Origin: Candidatus Taenariivivens baikalensis
GTDB lineage: Bacteria > Omnitrophota > Omnitrophia > Omnitrophales > Aquincolibacteriaceae
Assembly: GCA_009691445.1 (NCBI GenBank)
Contig: SICL01000005.1
Location: forward strand, 2,446 to 66,445
DNA: 64,000 nt
Direction of reading: 5' to 3'
Part shown: piece after piece, positions 58,214-64,000 of the stretch
Position numbering within the stretch: the first letter of the stretch is position 1
Layout of the letters: the number at the start of each line of letters is the position of its first letter
Translations under genes and position numbers: made by a program
The notes under the pieces: generated by a model
Seen by the model: the letters and a program-made list of their open reading frames with translations, nothing else
What the model was told of the DNA's origin: nothing
Databases searched by the model: none

Positions 58214-58836
58214 TGGCCGCTGAGTTTTACTGCTTCGTCATCGGAGCCTTTACTGGATTTGTCGGTTGCCTTGTGAGCTGGCAGCTGAATCTAGTTGTGA
58301 TGCACCGGGGTCTTGAGCGCGGAAGGCACGATGCCTTTTTTGTTGGGTTGGGGGCCGTATCTGCGGATATCGTTTTTCTCGGAGGCGCCTTTACAGGTCT
58401 CTATTCTTTGACAGGCCACCCGGAGTGGTGGATCCATCTTAAATGGGTCAGCATTCTCATGCTTCTGTCGGTTGCTGCGCGCACTTATTTCCGCAAAAAA
58501 ACCATTATTTCTGCCAACCCGGTTAAAAAGAAGAATCCCGCCAGAAATTTTCTGCTTGGTTTTATTCTTGTTATCTCAAATCCGCTTCTTTTTATTTTGT
58601 GGGTCGGTATTCTATCTTTTCTGGTGGCCCATTTTCCGGACGCTCAAATTTTGGACCATCAATGGATTTTTCTCACTTCATTCTACGCGGGGTCTTCTGC
58701 CTGGTTCGCGATTCTGGCCGGAGTGATTTTGCATCATGCCCGGAAATGGGATGATGAAAAGCTTCACGCCCTTTCGCGGATTTTTTCCGTGGGGCTTGTG
58801 ATCGGAGCGCTGATCCTTATTTGGGCAAAATTCTGA
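58213..58836 (+). CDS. LysE/RhtB-family amino-acid exporter.
   Basis: 207 aa with 6 TMs in LysE-type topology. ATG overlaps the pssA stop. Confidence 0.55.
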   Translation: MAAEFYCFVIGAFTGFVGCLVSWQLNLVVMHRGLERGRHDAFFVGLGAVSADIVFLGGAFTGLYSLTGHPEWWIHLKWVSILMLLSVAARTYFRKKTIISANPVKKKNPARNFLLGFILVISNPLLFILWVGILSFLVAHFPDAQILDHQWIFLTSFYAGSSAWFAILAGVILHHARKWDDEKLHALSRIFSVGLVIGALILIWAKF

Positions 58837-58910
58837 AAGCTTTCAAAAACCCCTCGACAGCCCCCCCTTCCCAAGGATACAATCCTAATAAGACTTAATC
58901 TGAACTGGAG

Positions 58911-59666
58911 TTGTTGATGCTGAATGCCTTTGTGGTGGTGCTGCGGGAAGGCTTCGAGGCTTTCCTGATTGTGGCTGTCACCATTGCTTATATCAAAAAA
59001 ATGGAGCAAAGATGGCTATTACCCGCTGTTTATTGGGGAATTGCGTTCTCGGTTGCCGCCAGTGGCTGTCTGGGCTGGGCGCTTTTACAGGGCGCTAATC
59101 AATCTTTGTGGGAAGGCGTTATCGGGATCGTTGCATCGATTTTGGTCACCTCACTTATTTTTCATATGTGGTGGCATGGTCCAAAAATGAAAAGTAACAT
59201 GGAGTCAAAGCTCAACAAAATTTCTTCTTGGAATTCGAAGGCAGCTATTCTTGCGGGTGTTTTTTTATTTACGCTTTTGATGATCAGCCGGGAAGGGATG
59301 GAAACGGCGCTGATCCTGATCCAGATTCATGAACCAAACATTGTTGCGGGAATCCTGCTTGGCATTTTAGCAGCTGGGGGATTTAGTTGGATGTGGGCTC
59401 GTTTTGGTCATCGAATCAACCTTAAAATATTTTTTCAAGTGACGGGTATTTTTCTTCTTCTTTTTGTCGGACAGATCCTCATTTACTCCCTGCATGAACT
59501 CTCGGAAGCAGGAGTCCTTCCCAACAGTCAGGCTTTTCATCTCGCGACCGAGCCGTTTTCTCCCACGGGAATCTACGGGAAGTGGTTTTCAGCGGTGACA
59601 CTTGCAGTTTGCGGCGGCTGGCTGGTGTGGGCCTGGATGAAAGAAGCGGTAAGTAGTAAGCGGTAA
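58911..59666 (+). CDS. efeU: FTR1-family high-affinity iron permease (EfeU-like).
   Basis: Two RExxE motifs in TM1 and TM4 (LREGFEA, SREGMET). 7 TMs. Confidence 0.75.
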   Translation: MLMLNAFVVVLREGFEAFLIVAVTIAYIKKMEQRWLLPAVYWGIAFSVAASGCLGWALLQGANQSLWEGVIGIVASILVTSLIFHMWWHGPKMKSNMESKLNKISSWNSKAAILAGVFLFTLLMISREGMETALILIQIHEPNIVAGILLGILAAGGFSWMWARFGHRINLKIFFQVTGIFLLLFVGQILIYSLHELSEAGVLPNSQAFHLATEPFSPTGIYGKWFSAVTLAVCGGWLVWAWMKEAVSSKR

Positions 59667-59700
59667 GCTAGGAAAACGGCTTTATTTTTTCTTACCGCTT
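59658..59700. terminator. Bidirectional hairpin terminator between the convergent efeU and osmC genes.
   Basis: 10-bp stem AAGCGGTAAG / CTTACCGCTT with TTTATTTTTT in the loop or flank. Confidence 0.55.
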
Positions 59701-59722
59701 AACGCTTGCGACTTAAAACTCT

Positions 59723-60133
59723 CTAGTCCGGATAATCAAAACTCACCGGAATCTGGATATCCGGATGAAGACTTTGATGCACAGGGCAGGTGAGGGCGGC
59801 GCGCTCCAGAAGCTTCCGCTGGCTTTCGGCAATTCCCTTCGGCATTTGAAACCTTACGGTCAGCTTCCCGATTCTTCGTACCGGCTCCTGGATCATTTCC
59901 TTGATCACTTCCACTTTGGTACCCTGCAGAGAAATCAAATGCCTCTTCGCCACAATTCCCATAATGGTCATCATGCACGATCCTAAGGCAGAGGCCACAA
60001 GGTCGGTGGGGGAAAAGGACTCGCCTTTTCCCCCATTATCCTTGGGAGCGTCTGTGACGATTCGGGTCCCGGAAGGACGATGCGTTTGGGTGCAGTGAAG
60101 GTCACCATCGTAGGTAATATCAATATGAACCAT
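59723..60133 (-). CDS. OsmC/Ohr-family peroxiredoxin-like protein.
   Basis: 136 aa. ASALGSCMMTIMG and ALTCPVHQSL carry the two conserved Cys of the OsmC family. Confidence 0.8.
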   Translation of the reverse strand: MVHIDITYDGDLHCTQTHRPSGTRIVTDAPKDNGGKGESFSPTDLVASALGSCMMTIMGIVAKRHLISLQGTKVEVIKEMIQEPVRRIGKLTVRFQMPKGIAESQRKLLERAALTCPVHQSLHPDIQIPVSFDYPD

Positions 60134-60228
60134 AAGTGCATTTTACACAAAAAGGCTCATTGAAAGTAGCCTTCTTTCAAGGTATACTTAGTATGAAAGT
60201 AGGAAATAGTAGGAAAATAGGAGGAAAT

Positions 60229-60468
60229 ATGATAACGCGAATGAGAGAAAAAGGTCAAGTGACCATCCCGGCCAATATTCGAGAATCGCTTCATTTATCG
60301 AAGGATTCGATTTTATGCGTGACACGAATTGGCAATGGGATTTTAATTACTTCTAAGCCTTCAGCGGTGGAGGCTTTTGCGAACAAGTTTTCAAAAGCGG
60401 CGGATGAAAAAGGGATCACTTTGGAAGCTCTGCTTAAAGATTTAAGAAAAATTCGTCACGAAAAATAA
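60229..60468 (+). CDS. AbrB/MazE/SpoVT-family antitoxin (VapB-like).
   Basis: MITRMREKGQVTIPANIRESLHL swapped-hairpin motif. RBS AGGAGGA lies 6 nt upstream of the ATG at 60229. Confidence 0.6.
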   Translation: MITRMREKGQVTIPANIRESLHLSKDSILCVTRIGNGILITSKPSAVEAFANKFSKAADEKGITLEALLKDLRKIRHEK

Positions 60469-60920
60469 TGAATATTCAGTATCGGATTTTTTTTGATACC
60501 AGTGTTTACATTGCAGGCGTTCATTCGCTGGGCGGCGCCGCAAGAGAACTATTAAATTTAGCCGAAGCTGAAACGATTCGTATGGTAGTTTCCGAGGAGA
60601 TTATCACAGAAATAGACAGAGTGATGGCAGGAAAGTTTCCTGAGCTGCTTCAGGAAAGCCGTAGATTGTGGAAAGATCTTAAACCGGAAGTGATTCCCAA
60701 TCCCCGAGCCGATCAGGTTAAACCCTTTCTTGAAAAACTGCCCAAAGCAGATGCTTCTATTCTTTGTTCGGCTTTTCTCGCTAAAGTATCCATGTTTGTG
60801 ACCTGGAACACACGGGATTTCATGGCTCATGGTGTTGCGCCGCTTGTCGATTTTCCCATTGTTGTGCCCGGAGACGCTCTCAAGCTTTTCAGAAAATGGA
60901 TCGAACCCTTTCTGGATTAA
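60468..60920 (+). CDS. PIN-domain toxin (VapC-like).
   Basis: N-terminal FFDTSVYIAG (first conserved Asp), an internal acidic residue (VVSEEIITE), and TWNTRDF near the C-terminus. The start overlaps the antitoxin stop. Confidence 0.65.
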   Translation: MNIQYRIFFDTSVYIAGVHSLGGAARELLNLAEAETIRMVVSEEIITEIDRVMAGKFPELLQESRRLWKDLKPEVIPNPRADQVKPFLEKLPKADASILCSAFLAKVSMFVTWNTRDFMAHGVAPLVDFPIVVPGDALKLFRKWIEPFLD

Positions 60921-61155
60921 TATCTTCCCAGGAGACCACCCGTATGAATTCCGTCAAAAAGCATTTCGCAAAATGACTCACTTCATAACATTCACTAACA
61001 ATCCCGCCTAGAAACGTGCTTAATCGAAGAAGAGCCGCCTTGCGTTTACATTAAACAGTGCGCCTGATCCATGTTAAAGAAATCCGCTTCACCTCTTGTA
61101 ATTTTCCAGAGGGAAGGGTAGAATTTTCTTCAAATTCACTCCTGGAGAAAGACGC

Positions 61156-64000
61156 ATGAACCTATCCGCATTAAAGCAAAAGACTCTTTTTAAAAAATCT
61201 GTTTTTGGATTCATGGCTTTTATTTTTGCATTCACTCAGCTTGTCGCTAGCCCAGCTGTGTTGTTCGCAGAATCAAATCCGCTCGCATCAAATATCCCAT
61301 CGACAATCCCATCGATTCCAGCTTTAAACGCAATTCCTCCATCGCCTTCAAAACCTGCGATAAAAGCCCTGGCGGAGGATTCACTTGCTTCCCTTCAGCC
61401 TCAAGTCTTAAATCGTATCCCGGAAAGAAAAAATGATGTTCGGAAATCAACCCCACCGGCCAAAACCGTTACGGCGCAGTATCAAATTAATATTGGCTCC
61501 GGAGCGACTGTGAAATTATTTAATAACGGAAGCTATGAATTTACACATGAGGGAAGAACTTATCAAAGTTCGCTAACAGGGGTGATAGATAATCGACTGA
61601 AAGTAAATTTTGATAAGGATGGCAAAATCTCATCAATCGATACCTTGACGCGGGGAGAGGTTCTTAATACCCGGGCTTTTACCGAAATGAAAGACAGAAA
61701 GGTCTTGATCACAAGTATTGAGCATTATTCGTTTGGAGTGCTTTTTGCAAGAACAGTTATTTCCAGCTCCGAGAATTCAATTCGCTGGACAACTTATCAT
61801 CTGGATCAAACGATTGATCACGATTCAAAAACAATTTTGGGTGAATCGGACCTTTCCGGATTTTCTATCGTTCTATCAACTTATGATATTTATCCTTTGA
61901 TCAATTCCTATTTTGCGAACATCGTTTATGATCCTCAAGGAAACCTTGTCGATATTTATCATCACCCCTCATCCAACCTCAATACCTACGTTATATTAAG
62001 AGCGGGGGAATTAGATTTTAAGGAAGTTGATTTACTTGCATCAAAAAATCGTACAACTTTCGGTTTGAGATCGTTGCTTAAAGACGACAAGCTCGTCTTA
62101 AGCTGGCCCTCTTCGCAGAAGCTCGTGATTCAAGATCAAGATGTCACTGCGTCGATTTCCAACGGTAGAATTATTTTTACCGGAAATAACTTTTCTTACG
62201 CGTCAGAAATCGATAACTCCGGAAATATTTTTGTCATTGTCCCTCAATCAGATGGCATGAGAAGAATCTACGATATTAAAATCGACGATGAAGGAAAGGT
62301 GAGTTTGGTGCTTCGAACCTTAGAAGCCCCTATCGCAGAGTATTCGGTTCTGAGTCTAAATCTAAAATTATATAAAGATGGAAGTTACTCATTTATTGTC
62401 GGAAATTCTATATTTCAAAGTGACAAAGATGGCTGGATTACACTGAGGGCTGGAGCAGGGGGAAGCAGTGATAAATGGAAACTCGCTTTTACTGATGGAA
62501 AGTTGATTAAAATCGAAACCCTAAAGGGAATGATCTACGGATTTGAAACGGTTGGAAGTCGGGCAAGAGCAATAAAGATTTCGGGTAACAGCTTTTATCC
62601 GGAACTGATTAATTATGACCAAAAATTTTATAAAAAAAAGGACAATGCTTCGGAGGGGTACTATCAGGTTTACTATTATTTCCCCGAAGGAATTGATTTA
62701 GAAAAATATTTTTATTTTCTTTCAGATTCTTTTACTTTGGCTTTCGATTCGACCTCAGAGTTCAAGCCTTCCGCCAAGCTTTGGTATGATGACCAAGGAT
62801 CTCCGATCCGTCATGAGATTTATGAAGAAAAAAATTCTTATGCGCTTCTTCAAGCTGGAACCATTGATATTACTGAACAGCGTTTGGCTACGATGAAAGA
62901 ACGAACCGTGAAAAACGTTCAAGCTCTTTTGAAGGATGATAAGTTTATAAAAATCGGTCAATCGGTAAAGATTGAAGGCCAGACTTTCTCCGTCAAGTCT
63001 ATCTTTCGAGGACGAATTGAATTTTTGTTGTCATACGATTTTTCCGACGGTTCCTTTAAAAGTACGATTGATTCGCAAGGTAATATTCTTTTTCCTATTC
63101 CTCAAAGCAACGGATCCAAAAATGTTTATATTGTCCATGTTGACGCGCAGGGTGAGATCACTCTTGAATTTCAGAAAAATGTGGCCCTTATTGCTGAGTA
63201 TGAGGTTCTTTCTCCAAAAAGCCGTGTGAGACTATACCAGGATGGGAGTTATGCTGATTTCTACTATAATTCGTTTGGACCTGCCGGGCGCATCGGACAT
63301 AATTCAGATAGCGATCCTCAGGGCTTTCTTGATGGCGGATGGAAGATGGAATTTGTAGATAATCAATTAAAAACTCTGACCATCCATGAACCATTTTTTA
63401 CAAAATCCATAACTACCTGTGAGTTTGAGACGATTGGATCAACTGCACGGATTACTTCTTTTAAATATGAGTCTGACCCTCATAGGGTGATCTATCAATT
63501 TGATTATGCAAAAAAGATCTGGCGAATCTCAGGTTCTGAGGGACTCGGAGTGTCGTATTATATGAATGGATATGACTTTGCCTCATTTGGTTCAATAGGA
63601 GACCGGATAGTTTTTAATGATTTTGCGGGGTTTTATCCCCATGTGGTTTTTTATTGGAACAATGATGCTGTGATTCATGCTCGTGTTAATGGCGGTAGGG
63701 ACGGACAAGACGACGATTATGATATTTTGGTTAAAGGGACACCGGACATTCGTCCTGACCAATTGGAAATGATCCCGCCGGATCAGCGTACACTTGAAAA
63801 TTTTAAAAAGCTCTTGTCGGATGATCTTCTGGTGAAAACTTATCAACCGAAATTTTTTCTCGAAGGAAAATTTATTCAAGTTTCGGGAGCCAGTAGCAAC
63901 AGTATTTTTGTTGGAAACATTGGAACTGACACGGATGCTCAAGGGAATATTACGCTGACCGTCCCTCAAGCAGATGGATCTAAACATATTTATGACGTCA
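61156..64000 (+). CDS. Large secreted repeat protein (at least 948 aa). It continues beyond the window end.
   Basis: Open frame from the ATG at 61156 (RBS GGAGAAAG) to the window edge. Signal peptide FGFMAFIFAFTQLVASPAVLFA. Three copies of a roughly 287-aa unit are marked by D-x-Q/S-GNI-x-PQSDG-x-IYD...D-x-GE/K-I/V-SL. It is absent from the ORF track because there is no stop in the window. Confidence 0.6.
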   Translation, partial: MNLSALKQKTLFKKSVFGFMAFIFAFTQLVASPAVLFAESNPLASNIPSTIPSIPALNAIPPSPSKPAIKALAEDSLASLQPQVLNRIPERKNDVRKSTPPAKTVTAQYQINIGSGATVKLFNNGSYEFTHEGRTYQSSLTGVIDNRLKVNFDKDGKISSIDTLTRGEVLNTRAFTEMKDRKVLITSIEHYSFGVLFARTVISSSENSIRWTTYHLDQTIDHDSKTILGESDLSGFSIVLSTYDIYPLINSYFANIVYDPQGNLVDIYHHPSSNLNTYVILRAGELDFKEVDLLASKNRTTFGLRSLLKDDKLVLSWPSSQKLVIQDQDVTASISNGRIIFTGNNFSYASEIDNSGNIFVIVPQSDGMRRIYDIKIDDEGKVSLVLRTLEAPIAEYSVLSLNLKLYKDGSYSFIVGNSIFQSDKDGWITLRAGAGGSSDKWKLAFTDGKLIKIETLKGMIYGFETVGSRARAIKISGNSFYPELINYDQKFYKKKDNASEGYYQVYYYFPEGIDLEKYFYFLSDSFTLAFDSTSEFKPSAKLWYDDQGSPIRHEIYEEKNSYALLQAGTIDITEQRLATMKERTVKNVQALLKDDKFIKIGQSVKIEGQTFSVKSIFRGRIEFLLSYDFSDGSFKSTIDSQGNILFPIPQSNGSKNVYIVHVDAQGEITLEFQKNVALIAEYEVLSPKSRVRLYQDGSYADFYYNSFGPAGRIGHNSDSDPQGFLDGGWKMEFVDNQLKTLTIHEPFFTKSITTCEFETIGSTARITSFKYESDPHRVIYQFDYAKKIWRISGSEGLGVSYYMNGYDFASFGSIGDRIVFNDFAGFYPHVVFYWNNDAVIHARVNGGRDGQDDDYDILVKGTPDIRPDQLEMIPPDQRTLENFKKLLSDDLLVKTYQPKFFLEGKFIQVSGASSNSIFVGNIGTDTDAQGNITLTVPQADGSKHIYDV

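Overview
This 64-kb window is a bacterial chromosomal segment of about 50% GC. Coding is dense on both strands and looks like ordinary housekeeping content. The spacers carry three families of palindromic repeats. Recognisable genes include a cold-shock protein, a CarD-like regulator, a folate-biopterin-type transporter, an SGNH hydrolase, tRNA-Pro(GGG), an ABC-F ATPase, a PIF1/RecD-like helicase with a DnaQ-like exonuclease, msrA, arfB, a parvulin, rluE, a Rho homologue, a Cu(I) P-type ATPase, a GltP-type symporter and a fadI/fadJ-like beta-oxidation pair. It also carries cstA, a c-type cytochrome, thrH, the glyoxylate shunt (aceB-aceA), a complete Liv-type ABC transporter (livJHMGF), an H+-pyrophosphatase, psd-pssA, a LysE-family exporter, an FTR1 iron permease, OsmC, and toxin-antitoxin modules (AbiEi/AbiEii, HigB/HigA-like, VapB/VapC-like). 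The feature I consider most unusual is an uninterrupted 8,040-nt ORF (26982..35021, 2,679 aa). It encodes a multi-transmembrane protein with almost no recognisable canonical domains. It does carry a TraB/GumN/Tiki-like motif pair and an HExxH motif inside a predicted membrane helix. A CYTH-domain gene sits directly upstream. Other points worth a second look are a Rho that lacks the N-terminal RNA-binding domain, repeat hairpins that supply stop and start codons to flanking genes, and a secreted protein of at least 948 aa with ~287-aa internal repeats running off the 3-prime end. There are also two gene remnants (AAA_14 and DUF1016 N-terminal fragments). All functional calls come from reading motifs in the translations; no database searches were run.
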